This document shows positions 28,767-40,770 of a stretch of DNA of 64,000 nucleotides, in pieces. Numbering within the stretch: the first letter of the stretch is position 1; each line of letters starts with the position of its first letter. The DNA comes from Octopus vulgaris. Its lineage: Eukaryota. The notes beneath the pieces were generated by a model. That model made no database searches. It was not told the DNA's origin and was given only the letters and a program-made list of their open reading frames with translations. Both the position numbers and the translations under genes were made by a program. Location: assembly GCA_951406725.2 (NCBI GenBank), contig OX597814.1, positions 211,420,001-211,484,000 on the forward strand, given 5' to 3'.

Positions 28767-28768
<2 letters not shown>
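28487..28768 (+). mobile_element. Internally deleted SINE family C
   Basis: Head gcaggagtggctgtgtggtaagaagcttgc joined to the 3' half ending gactgaagcaagtaaaaga. Confidence 0.85.
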
Positions 28769-28811
<43 letters not shown>

Positions 28812-28851
28812 TAAAAAAATGGAGTTAACGCAGGTGTAATGAAATATTTTT

Positions 28852-28937
28852 ACTTTCGACACATGTTTCGAAAATTCCACTGATACTATTCAAAAGAATA
28901 ATTGGTATAAACAATGCAATCTTCTCCTCAGGAAAGT
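28852..28937 (-). ncRNA. Type I hammerhead ribozyme motif with intact core
   Basis: Minus strand: acuuuc CUGAGGA gaagau...auuuuc GAAA caugug UC gaaagu. 6-bp stem I, long stem II, minimal stem III, GUC triplet. Lies in a repeat (28819 to about 29020) homologous to 63102-63300. Confidence 0.75.
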
Positions 28938-29711
28938 GAAAAAAACGAAACTCGTCAATAAGACATTTTAGCAAAAAATGATGGATTTGTATAGCGATAG
29001 ACAGAACGCTATTAATATTATTTAAAAAAAATAATATTATATGATATAACGTCATATATTATATAACGTCATATATTATATGATATAACGTCATAAGTAG
29101 CTAACAGAAACAGTAGGGATATTAATAGTGAATGTTAAATATAAAGGAAATTAAAGTTTAAATCATATATAATGATAGAGACTACTTATATGAACTAAAT
29201 GTATGTTTTTGTTAATGCTTACATCTATATGCTCGCTCTATATATATTCCTATTTAAAAATTATCTCCACTGACCACTAACTTATCCATATCTTCATTTT
29301 TCTTTTTTCTTTCTTTCTTTCCTTTATCCCTCTCTTCGTGTTTTCGATTTGACCCTACTTATTCACTCCCTATTTTTAAGTCACTTTAAATAAAAAAAAT
29401 CCTTTGAATCTACAGCACTGTGTATGAACTTCTGTACTTGGACTGGCTAATTTTAAATACCGTTGGATCTTACTCATAAGGTATCGGAATCTTACAGTGC
29501 GTATAAACTCTATATTTGGAATGAAAAATTCTAAATGCGGTAGGATTTTTCTCATAAGCTATTGGAATCTTACATATATGCCATTCTGTCTAAAAAACGG
29601 ATCTACAAATTCAATATCCCTACGTATCTCACATCTATTTTCTTTCCTCCACCTTACTCTCTATTTTGTATCCCATCTAAATTATTTATTACTTAAGCAT
29701 CCTTTCACACC

Positions 29712-29767
29712 GTATTCGATGAAGGGATATAATTAATAAATAAATATCCTGGACACAGTTGTAATAC
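29712..29767 (+). ncRNA. Degenerate hammerhead motif
   Basis: gtat t CGATGA a gggatat...atatcct GGACA cagttg TA atac: stems retained, both core boxes mutated. Confidence 0.45.
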
Positions 29768-30220
29768 TTTCTATCTATAAATGTTCTAATATCTACACAG
29801 CCTTGGTTTTTTTTATCTCATTACACGAAAAATTCAAATTTTGAGCGTTAGACTATACACCAGAAATCCCTATTTTGTCGGGTTCGTTCTGCGTCTGCGC
29901 AGTGATCTGATTAGTTAGAAAGAGCAAATTATTAGACGCACATGTGTCTATCGAGTTGCCCTTCATAATAACAGGAATCTTACTGAAGAGCCAACCTGAG
30001 TAAATAAATATTATATTTTTTTGCTGAACAAGGCGAAACTGCAGTCTAAGATGAACAGAGTTAGTAAAAGTTTTTATCTTCATTTCACTAAATTTATCAA
30101 GCTTCTGTGTTTCTAGTACGTACTTCGCCTTTAATCTACTTATATATGAATAATATATGGCCGGTGCTAGAAACACCAGCGAAAATAATTAATTTTATTT
30201 TATCGCATTTTGAATTTGTT

Positions 30221-30290
<70 letters not shown>

Positions 30291-30304
30291 TGTGTGCGTG
30301 TGTG

Positions 30305-30460
30305 TACATGGCGGGCTTCTTTCAGTTTCTGCCAACTAAATCTACTAATAAAGCTTTGGTCCGAGGCTATATTAGAAGACACCAGATCAACCTGCCACGT
30401 AACGGGACTGAACCCGGGACCGTTTAGTTGGGAAACCAGCTTCTTACCACACAGCCACAT
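30305..30460 (-). mobile_element. 5' half of SINE family C
   Basis: cgggcttctttcagtttc...cttcttaccacacagccac. Confidence 0.8.
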
Positions 30461-30705
30461 ACTGAACTCGGTAGTAAGGAGTTTCGTTTGATTTGAAGTA
30501 CAAGGGATTAGAGCCAACATAGTGAGATATTCATTCAAGCTACTTGTAGAAACTTACACAGAGACACTGACGCACACACACATACACACACACACACAAT
30601 ATTTTCGATTCCTACGTGTGTAATTCTGCTTTTTACAATCATTGATTTATCAACACATTACTACCATTATACTCTCAATAATAATCATGCCTTGTAGTAG
30701 AATGG

Positions 30706-30743
<38 letters not shown>

Positions 30744-30759
30744 CATCATTATTAGTTGT

Positions 30760-31146
30760 TGTTAAAGCTGCGAGCTGGCAGAATTATTCATCATGCTGAG
30801 CTTAAAATTGATTTCATGGCGTCTCGCTACACACCACTAAAATGTAATTCATGGCAACTGACTGGGTAGAAGTGACTGAGTAACCGACTTCCTTCAACAA
30901 GGCTGAAATTACACCTAAATATGAAACCATTTTAGATAAGGCACATTAGATTGTCGGTAAAATGCTTTGCATTATGTATCCCAATATATTCTGGCTTGCG
31001 ATCTGAGTTTCCAATTCGGGTGAGGCCGACTTTACCTTTCATCCTTTTGGGGTCGATGAAATAAGTACCAGTTGTACACTGAGGTCGATGTAAAGGACTT
31101 ACCCTTACCTCCACCCTCAAAAAAAGCATGCCTTGTAGTAGAATGG

Positions 31147-31194
<48 letters not shown>

Positions 31195-31560
31195 TTTATC
31201 ATCATTATTGTTGTTGTTAAAGCTGCGAGCTGGCAGAATTATTATCATGCTGAGTAAAATGCTTAGCGGCATGGCGTCCGCTACACACACACACACACGT
31301 ATATATATATGCAGTAATCCCTCGCCAATCCGGGTTCACGACATGGTGACCTCATATCAAGCTGGCACAATAGTTATCACGCCGGGCAAAATGCCTAATT
31401 GTATTTGACCAGACATTATATTCTGAGTTCAAATTCCAACGATGTCGATTTTGCCTTTCTTCCCTTCGGGGTCCATATAATTAAGAACCAGTTGAACACT
31501 GGAGTCGATGTAATCGTCTTAGCCCCAAAGTTGTTGGTTTTTGCAAAAACTTGAAATTAG
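30760..31560 (+). mobile_element. Cluster of SINE family A fragments
   Basis: gcgagctggcagaat heads and ggggtcgat bodies, repeated. Confidence 0.7.
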
Positions 31561-31570
31561 TATTATTATT

Positions 31571-32102
31571 GAGTGAGAGAGCAGCGCATGCCACCAATAT
31601 GACACTGTGGTAAAATATACGAAGCCCAGTACAACCATCATGGTATCCCGTCTGATAAGGGTACACTAGGCACATGCATCACAACCAGCCGTTCGCGACA
31701 TGATGACCTTATATCGAGATAAACAGCGCATGACGTTGCAGGTGGGACCCAGTTAAAATCTTGCTGAGATCGAAAAGCCCACCCCACTCAAAAGGTCTCT
31801 ATTTAATAATGGTGAACGAAATACCCATAGTTGAATTATACAAAGCTCAAATAATTCTCAATAGGTCAATGCTCCCCAACTATTTATGCATTTGATCAGA
31901 GATGCACATATGGTCAGCCACTAAGGGGCATGCTCAATTGGTTATGGTTAAACAATAGATAAGCAAATCTCTGGTATTGAGCAGAATATTTGCTGTAGCC
32001 CATCTTATATACCAAGACAAGAGAAGACATGTACATAACATTTCCAATCAGTTATAAGAGCCAGTGCTCTCATAACATGAGAGCCAGTGCCTGGTCCTGC
32101 AT
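31571..32102. mobile_element. Full-length repeat family B copy within (TTA)n
   Basis: Colinear with 19989-20514; tattattatt|gagtgag on the left, ttttattattatt on the right. Confidence 0.85.
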
Positions 32103-32439
32103 ATTTTTATTATTATTCGCAAGTTCGTAGTTTCAGGAAGCTTTCTACTGCATCATATATTACACATCCATGTAGCTGGGGTGTATGCAGCAGTATCATT
32201 ATTATTAAGTTCGGAATTCTTGTACGCCGCACTCAACTACGTCTCACACAAAGTTTTACAAACCCGCGTGCTTACACTCAAAATAGAGGATTTTTTATGT
32301 TAAGTTATTTATAACCATGGTAGTAAAAAGGACTTGGTTATTCCTTGTGAGGTTCTTTGTGTTTAAATCTAGCTTTACTTGAAGACTTAACGAAATCATT
32401 CTAGTTGAGTTGAAGGTGTTGGTTTCCTTTTATTTTTTT

Positions 32440-32929
32440 TTTTGCCATGGATTTAATCCATGCTTCAAAGAGATAAGGAAAATTTGAAAGAAATTAAGTT
32501 GGTCTTTCAATTATGTGGAATGTCACGATCACTACAACGGTTAGGGGATTAGAATTATATTCTGGATTAGATTACAATGTATGGGACTACATCCCCGGAG
32601 AAGGTTGTTCGAAAACCTCGTAAACTTGTTCAAAAGCTTACCATTCTCTAAAAGTTACCGACTAAATTTCCATGATGTGCCAGTGTGTACATGGAAAAAC
32701 GATGGCAGTTACAGAGAGGTTTAATAGATTCACTTTAAATCGACCTCCTCCGCATTCGGTCGAATTAAACTTATTAAGGCGAATGAAATATTATTTTTAT
32801 TTCTAGAGACAACATGAAAAATTGACTTGAGATCCTCTACTACAAAAAAAAAGAAAATAATTGAAGTTGCAATTTTAAAAATATGAAATTGCAATTTACT
32901 TGGTTGATTATTTTCAAACGCCCCCTGTA
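32440..32929 (+). mobile_element. Possible decayed Tc1/mariner 3' end
   Basis: LDYNVWDY peptide at about 32568 resembles the SPDLNPLDYxxW motif; ends in a TIR-like ccctg|TA. Confidence 0.4.
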
Positions 32930-33490
32930 CATAATTTATACGAACTGTACAAGTTTGAAGATATGCTGGAAACCATTCAAAAGTCAGATGTCTTTCTTCA
33001 TTTGAAAATTGAAAGAATCTTCAGCAAACCTCAGAGGATTCCGTATGCATGCAATTATTATAATTTAAACTACCCTCTAATCGATATTTATTATGGTGGT
33101 GAAGCTGTAGTTATAATTCAGTCTACAAGGAAATATCATTGTCAGTATACTTTGCAGGTAGTATACAGATTAAAGTGATTCCTATCCCTAGTATTTATTC
33201 GAAGTATTGTCAAAGCAATGCATTCCCTAAAACAACGGATAGGTTTTCAACAGCATCCGATGTAATTCCGATGCGAATTAAAACGTGATGCATTATTTTG
33301 TAATAGTTATGACATTATTAAGAAGAAACACTTCCAATTATGTTTGTGGCCGATTGGATTTTGCAATATTTATTCATTGTCCTATACAAAGAAAATGGTT
33401 CAATTTCGATAAGGTACTCGTCGACGAACATGTATAATATCTGCTCACCAAATTCTAAATTATAGTTCTGATTTCTTTGAAATCTTCCAT

Positions 33491-34269
33491 TTCCGAAGCA
33501 AGTGCTGTCATCTGCCTGTTGGCTCTCCTCCTGCAACTCAACTTGATTTCGAGCCGGGTCGTCTGCTGCTGGAGAGGACCGATCAGGTAAAGGACCTGGG
33601 TATCTTGGTTGATTCCGCCTTTTCGCCTTCGGTCCAGTGCGTCCATGCTGCCAACAAAGCACGCGGAGTTCTGTTCTTGATTCGACGATCATTCGGAATG
33701 CTCACAGCAGCCATATACCTACCGCTCTATCTCACGCTGGTAAGGCCCATATTGGAGTACGGGATTCAAGCCTCTTCTCCTTATCTCCTCAAAGACATAC
33801 AGCATCTCGAAAGAGTCCAGAAGCTGGCTACCCGCTTGGTTATTGGTCTCAAGAATTTGTCCTTTGAAGAAAGGCTGAAGACGCTCGACCTTTATTCTCT
33901 AGAAAAACGACGATACCGTGGTGATCTCATTCTTGCTCACAACGTCATAAGCGGAAAGCGTAACCTCTCGAAAGAGCTGCTCTTCACTCCTGCTCCAGAG
34001 CGTCGGCTGCTGGGTCACTCCGAAAAACTCTATCTGCGACAATTTCATCTCAATCGAAGGAGAGGGGCTTTCTCTGTCCGGGTTGCGGATCCGTGGAATA
34101 AGCTGCCGGACGAGATGGTAAGGATGCCGACGACCGCTTTGTTCAAAGTCTCCCTTGACCACAAGTGGCCTGAACTCTTTACGTGAACACCACCCTGTAC
34201 ATAACTCCATGTCCCCCCTACATGGCCTTGCTTTTTGCTTTTTGAGCCAAAAAATTAACTAACTAACTA

Positions 34270-34271
<2 letters not shown>
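33491..34271 (+). mobile_element. 5'-truncated CR1-like LINE (ORF2 C-terminus, 3' UTR, (TAAC)n tail)
   Basis: Open frame SKCCHL...KDLGILVD...LYLTLVRPILEY...LERVQKLATR...LEKRRYRGDLI...WNKLP to the stop at 34186; these are CR1-clade post-RT motifs. Confidence 0.92.
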
Positions 34272-34315
<44 letters not shown>

Positions 34316-35189
34316 TATTCTTATAATTTGTATATATTCATTTTATTACAAATGCGAAACAACGCTACGGAGGAATCAATATAAGCTTAAATAATAAACC
34401 GTGATAGGTGAACCGCAATATGGCGAGGGGTTACTGTATATATACATATATATACATATACATATATATGTGTGTGTTGTGTGTGTGTGTGTATGTGTGT
34501 GTGTGTGTGTGTGTGTTTGTGAGTATGTGATTCGGTTGATGAAAATGTATTCATATTAAGAATTCCGCAAGGGAACCGGTCGGTTAAAAATCAAATTAAT
34601 TACTGCTTTTGATTATACGTTATTGTCTTTTTATTTATAATTCCTTATAATTCCTCGTTTGAAAGCAAATTGCTTGTATAACTTAAAATTAAATGTTGAT
34701 AAATTTCCGTGTAATGGAGCTTATTGTAATGAGAACAAGTACGACATATGAGAGAATATATCTTGCCATCTCACAAATACATTAACCCATTCATGTTGAT
34801 CGTCCGTTTAAACTGACACTTAATTTATAAGGGTATAAAACAAATACTTGATACAAATTGTGATTTGTGTATGATCCGCATCAAAGAATTAAATATGTTC
34901 CTAACACGTATGCAGTTGGTAACAAACGGATTTTAATGAAACTTTTTCAGTTGTTATTTAAGTCGAAATCTCTGAATATTCAGGCAATATCATTCAATAG
35001 AAAAATTTCAGCACAAATGTGTTAAAGTGCATCGACCTAGCTTCTATTGCTCAGAATATTATATGGGTGTTGAATATTTAAAGAGTGTACATTTACATGT
35101 CTACTTATGCGTATGCAGCCTACTGTGAATTGTATCCATTTAGTATACAACGTATTATTAGCCTCCATGGTGTAAATGAAAATGGTTAC

Positions 35190-35358
35190 AGAAGATTTGG
35201 TTATGTGGTAAGAAGTATGTTTCCCAACCACATGGCATCGAGTTAGGTCCCACAGCGGGACACCTTAGGAAAATGCCGTCTACTATAGCCTCAGTTCGTC
35301 CAAAGCTTTGTGAGTAGATTTGTTTCACGGAATCTGAAAGAAGCCCGTCGATTAAATA

Positions 35359-35411
<53 letters not shown>

Positions 35412-35650
35412 CATGTGTATATATAACATGGGACATTTGTGTTTGTGTTGGCCAGCCAACGCTTAAGAAGCAGTGTTGGTGTTTTCGTGCTACGCATAAC
35501 TTAGCTGTTCGGCAAAAATACCGATAGAATAAGTGCTAGCCTTAGAAAGTATGTCTTAGCTCGAACTGTGCGACTACAAACATAACCGTCAAGGCGGTGC
35601 CCCCGCACGGGAGCAGGGGAATGACCGAAGCAAGTAAAAAGTAAAAGATA
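35190..35650 (+). mobile_element. Diverged full-length SINE family C
   Basis: tgtggtaagaag...ttcccaaccacatgg head, internal (TA)n, gaagcaagtaaaaagtaaaaga tail. Confidence 0.85.
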
Positions 35651-36675
35651 ATATGGAAAAAATATTTCTTACATCTCACTGCTGATTTTGAATAGTTTCT
35701 CTATGTCTGTCTGTCTGTCTGTCTGTCTCTCTTTCTCAAGCACACACATACACACACTCACTGACACGCACAGAGACACTCACACACACTCACACTCAGA
35801 CAGACACAGGCACACAGCCACACTCACACGTGCACATAAACACACATGTATATATGCATGCATATTTAGAGAGATATATATATAGATAGACAAATAGATA
35901 GAGATTGATAGCTTGCTAGATTATCACATAGATAGTAGCGTGGTAATAAATACGTAATATCAGTATACAATGAGGTGATAAATTAGTGTGAAATAGTATA
36001 ACGGCGTGAAATGATAAGATAGTGAGAAATGATTATGTTAATTTTGAATTTCAAATAAAGAGATAAGTTATCAAAGAATTGCAGATAGTATGATGTTATA
36101 TCAAAAAGAAGCAAAAATATAGATACATGAATGAAATAACGAAAAATATTAAAGAACTAAAGATGCGTAGATTAATGTGTTCGGATATAGCTATATACGA
36201 CAGACGAAAGAAAGGATCTTGCTTGAAGTTTTTAATCTACTATAAGTTGTCTCTATATTATTCATTCTGCGACAGATTTGCCGTTACCATGATTCAACGG
36301 GGGAGCATTCAGTGATTTATATTTAGAAATAGAGCAATTATGCTGAGTATCATTTGCTTCCCAGTTACATTCTTTGATCTGTGTCCCTTTGTCTTTGCAC
36401 AATTTTTTGTCTTAACCAACATCTATCATAAGGTTTATCTAAGTTGGTAACTTAATCGTCTTAAATGACTAGATATTGCTATGATGTCCCTTCTGAAACA
36501 TATCTTTTATAGTGCACTTGTTAGTATAAATAAATCTTACTAAACCTAGATTAACTTAAATTAAAATATTTAATATGTATCACTTTGGAAGACATCTACT
36601 TATTCAGATTGTCGATTAGGAATTTACACAGAAAACCAAGAACACCAATTATTATTGGTATAGTTGTGAATTTAT

Positions 36676-36845
36676 AAGGCGGCGAGCAGAAATGTTAGCC
36701 GTGGTCGACTTTGTCTTTCAACCTTTCGGGGTCGATAACTTAAGTACCAGTTACACACTGTGATCGATATAATCGAATTAATCCGTTTGTGTGTCCTTGT
36801 TTTTCCTCTCTGTTTTTAGCCACTTCTGGGTAGTAAAGAAATAGG
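36676..36845 (+). mobile_element. Internally deleted SINE family A
   Basis: aaggcggcgagc...ggtcgactttg...cctttcggggtcgata. Confidence 0.75.
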
Positions 36846-37599
36846 TATAGTTGTGAGATTATAATGTGGAAATAGGGGCTGAAAGTTTGAAGCATTTGCA
36901 CGTATTTATCCGCTTTCTCTTTGATTTTCAAAGATATATACATTTCAGGAGGAACGCTGACCTCTATGGCGGGACAGGCATTTTCCTGTCTGTCGTAAAC
37001 GACAGTAACCGACCTGTTCTGTTTACACTTGTCAGATCTTTTGAAGGGGATATTTTACTAGTATTTCTTGAGTCGATGCTTTTGCATGCATTCAATAACA
37101 GTGGCATTCTTTTTACTTATTCAGGGACAGTTTTTTTTTTTTTCCGAATGGCATTGCATGTTATTTTTGCATCAACGTTACATCGCATAAAGTAGTAGTA
37201 CGACGATGACATTTGTGGATAGCAGCTTATCACATGTGGGATATCATCCGCTCTAAAATGACATAACCTACATTTTCGGTTGTATCTTGGAGGTTAAATG
37301 GTTTTACCATCCCTTGTGATCATTATGCATTTCGTAGAAATTCCGCTTGGATCACATTTAAGTGTAAGGTTATAGTGCTGTCAAGAGTGCAAGAGAGGCT
37401 GCGCTTTATATTGATTTTGTGGTTTTCGTCAGCTGTTAGGGAGACTTCCCATTGCATAGTCTTTTTGTGGTGTGCTCATCGTTTCACATCCAGTACTTTT
37501 TGGTGCATGTTAGTCCGGCTCATTGAATGTATGAATATATGTATGCATTTGTGTATGTATGTTTGCATCTATGCATACATCTTTCATCCTTTTTAGCTT

Positions 37600-37965
37600 A
37601 TAATTAATTCAGTCATTAGACCACATCAACGCTGGTTTCAGCGGCTTGAACAATGTTAGTCAAACGAAATTACCTAATACTTATGTTTTAAAGCCTGGTT
37701 ATTATACTGTCGGCTTCTTGGTCAGCCGTTAATTTACGTGGACTTAAGCACACCAATTTCAGTTTCAAGAGGTGGGTGGAGGTGCAAAATCAAATACAAA
37801 AACACACATACAACAATCACGCGCATACACACACACACACATTCACACACACGCGCGCGGGTATACGAGACAATAGTCGAAGGCTCTTGCCCAAGGTGCC
37901 ACGCTGTATAATTGAACATGGTAACATGTGATTGGGAAGCAAATTTCTTACGCCACGGCCACTCC
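37600..37965 (-). mobile_element. Diverged SINE family C
   Basis: ttcagtcatt 3' end; cttgcccaaggtgccacgc...ggccactcc head. Confidence 0.7.
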
Positions 37966-37987
37966 TAAATTTATATATAGTGAAAGG

Positions 37988-38218
37988 TATATTCAACAAT
38001 ATTAAGGAATGGCCCTGATAGGCCATTCGACTCACTAGAAAGAGCAGCCAAACTCAAACCGCTAAATAGTTGTAATTCTGAAACTAAAGGAGAAATAAAA
38101 GCATTTATCCTTTCTCCTTTAGTTTCAGAATTACAACTATTTAGCGGTTTGAGTTTGGCTGCTCTTTCTAGTGAGTCGAATGGCCTATTAGGGCCATTCC
38201 TTAATATTTTTGAATGTA
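37988..38218. repeat. Near-perfect palindrome, about 108-bp arms, 15-nt spacer
   Basis: 37988-38095 versus 38111-38218, 3 mismatches by eye. Confidence 0.95.
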
Positions 38219-38324
38219 TATTATATAGTCTGTGACTATTTTTCCTTTCTCACTAGACCGCTGGTGGCGAAAAATTTTTCTTGAATTTTATGCTACCCGT
38301 ATATTGATTAATTATAGTGAAAGG

Positions 38325-38397
<73 letters not shown>

Positions 38398-39115
38398 CCT
38401 ACATATATGAGAACTAAGCTCTACAAATTAAAGCCTATATAAATTGTTAAAAATTGGTCGATAATTCTACTTTGAATGAAATGTTTCTCTAAAAGCAGAG
38501 CCAATATCACAGAAAAGTAGGTTACAAAAAAAAATGAAAACAAATAATAATATCGGGGTGATCAAAACTAAATGCGATCTGTACTTTAAGAAGGACTCAA
38601 ACACAAAGAATTCCACAATTGCCTTCACGCATTCGCAAGGGTGTAAATTTGTAAAAGTTCTACTCAGTACGAATATGTTCTGCAAATGAACCAACTGAAT
38701 GCTATGCTACATCAAGGAGCATTAGGACACTTATGCAAACCGAAGACGTGTCGGATTGAAATATAATAAGCAAATTTAGAAGATACACAAATCTCTATTT
38801 TATTCATGATATCTTGAATGTATGAACTGTATGTAGAATAACATCCAAGGAAGCGAACTCAGGAGTTACCTATGAAGGGGATACCGTATATTTGTCTATT
38901 TAAAAATATTTTATGAGTTCCCTATCATTCGATATGTTTAATCAAAACGTAGAATATATCAGAGTACTAATAAGGTACCTGCACGAATTCCAAATCCCTA
39001 TTACTTTAAGGTTATATATGTACAATGGAAAAGTTTACGAAAATAAACAAAAGACGAAGGCAGGTGGAGTACAAACAAACAAATGCATTACTATAGCGCT
39101 CAGGAATAGAAAAAG

Positions 39116-39153
39116 TCTTTTACGTTTCGAGCCTACGCTCTTCGACAGAAAGA
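39116..39153 (-). ncRNA. Minimal type I HHR motif (variant core)
   Basis: ucuuu CUGUCGA a gagc guag gcuc GAAA cg UA aaaga; A6 changed to U. Confidence 0.6.
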
Positions 39154-39215
39154 TACACAGAAAAAAACAAGGAGAGAAAAAATGCGTGTAGGAGCTAACA
39201 ATCTATCATGGCGTC

Positions 39216-39263
<48 letters not shown>

Positions 39264-39366
39264 CCTCTTTTTTTTCCTTTCTTTTTTTTTTTAGTAGGTG
39301 ACCTCGTCTGTATCACTAGCGATTTTTTTTCCTGTCTTCCCTTCTCGGGATCTTTCCTTCTCCAAT

Positions 39367-39401
39367 GTTTCCGACGAAGAGCTCCGCTCGAAACGCCAAA
39401 C
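39367..39401 (+). ncRNA. Minimal type I HHR motif (degenerate)
   Basis: guuu CCGACGA a gagc ucc gcuc GAAA cg CC aaac. Confidence 0.55.
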
Positions 39402-39543
39402 CCTCCTTCTTTCCTTCTTTCCTGAGCGTCCAATAATACTTTATTTGTTCCACGCCCTTGCGTTGTTGTCTTTTTGTTTTCTTGTTTGGCTTAACTGTGT
39501 GTGTGTGTGTGTGTAGTGTGTGTGTGTGTGTGTGTGAGAGAGA

Positions 39544-39575
<32 letters not shown>

Positions 39576-39910
39576 AGCTAGATTTTCTGAAGCATTGTCA
39601 GGTATAATTTAAAGATTGTAATTGTGTAATGCCGGAGCAATGCCCATTTCTCCTCACCGAAATAAACAAATACAAGGTAAAACTGCAACTTTGTTCTGTT
39701 TTCTTTTCAATTTGTAGTTCACATTGTACCTGCTCGCATTGATCCGGCTGTACACAACTATGCTACATACTTTAAGTATATATATGTATATATGTCAAAT
39801 CGAATATCAAAAATTGAACATTAACACTCGGACATCAAAAATAAGAATGACAAAACAGGATGAACACATAGATGATATTTGACGCTCGGTAAATGTGCCA
39901 AAATGAATGG

Positions 39911-39948
39911 TCTTTTAACTCTTCGAGCATAGCCCTTCGTCAGAAAGA
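39911..39948 (-). ncRNA. Minimal type I HHR motif (degenerate)
   Basis: ucuuu CUGACGA a gggc uau gcuc GAAG agu UA aaaga. Confidence 0.55.
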
Positions 39949-40150
39949 AAAACGGAAAAATCCAGAAAAGGAGACACTTCACGAACATCACGTGTGAGGT
40001 TACACACTCACAAGTACAAACACATTCATATGTACGCAAATACACACACATACATATAATAAAACCAAAAAAGAAGATACACAAAAAACAACAACGTTAG
40101 TACGTGGTACATGTAAAGTATTAGCAGACGTTTAGAGAGGAAAGAAAAAT

Positions 40151-40187
40151 GCTTCAACGTTTCAAGCAAATGCTCTTCTTCGGAAAC
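40151..40187 (-). ncRNA. Minimal type I HHR motif (degenerate)
   Basis: guuu CCGAAGA a gagc auuu gcuu GAAA cg UU gaagc. Confidence 0.5.
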
Positions 40188-40715
40188 GGAAGAAATTCGA
40201 ATAGAAAGGAAAACGCCAACGATTCACATATGGTTTCATTTGGAAATGTAAAGAGCATATATATATATATATATATATATATATGCTCCTTTTTGTAACA
40301 GTGTACCTCAAAGTACACGAAAAGATAGCATGTAAAAAATTGTTTGTAAAACGCTTTTGGACAGAGAATGTCGAATGCTTCATTTGCTACTCCAGCCCAC
40401 GTTTCTTGTAGCCATGATGATATTTCTATCTATTGCATAAATTTATTGTTACCATCGAGAAATATATGTTATATGTTTGAAGTCGGGATTCTTCTCTAAA
40501 TTCACAAGTATGAGTGCTCCTCAGAGAAGCCTGGTAATATCGCGGTCTCCCACGTTCACAAATAAGATTTATCCAATGATTAGTTGGTATCGATGTATAC
40601 ATCTTTGTTACACAGTATCACTTGCAAATGTTACCACACTGCCGTATCCAAATCGTGGACGTCATGATAGCGAAAGGAACTTCTTATATAGTCAGCTACA
40701 TAGTAGTAGTTGTAA

Positions 40716-40770
<55 letters not shown>

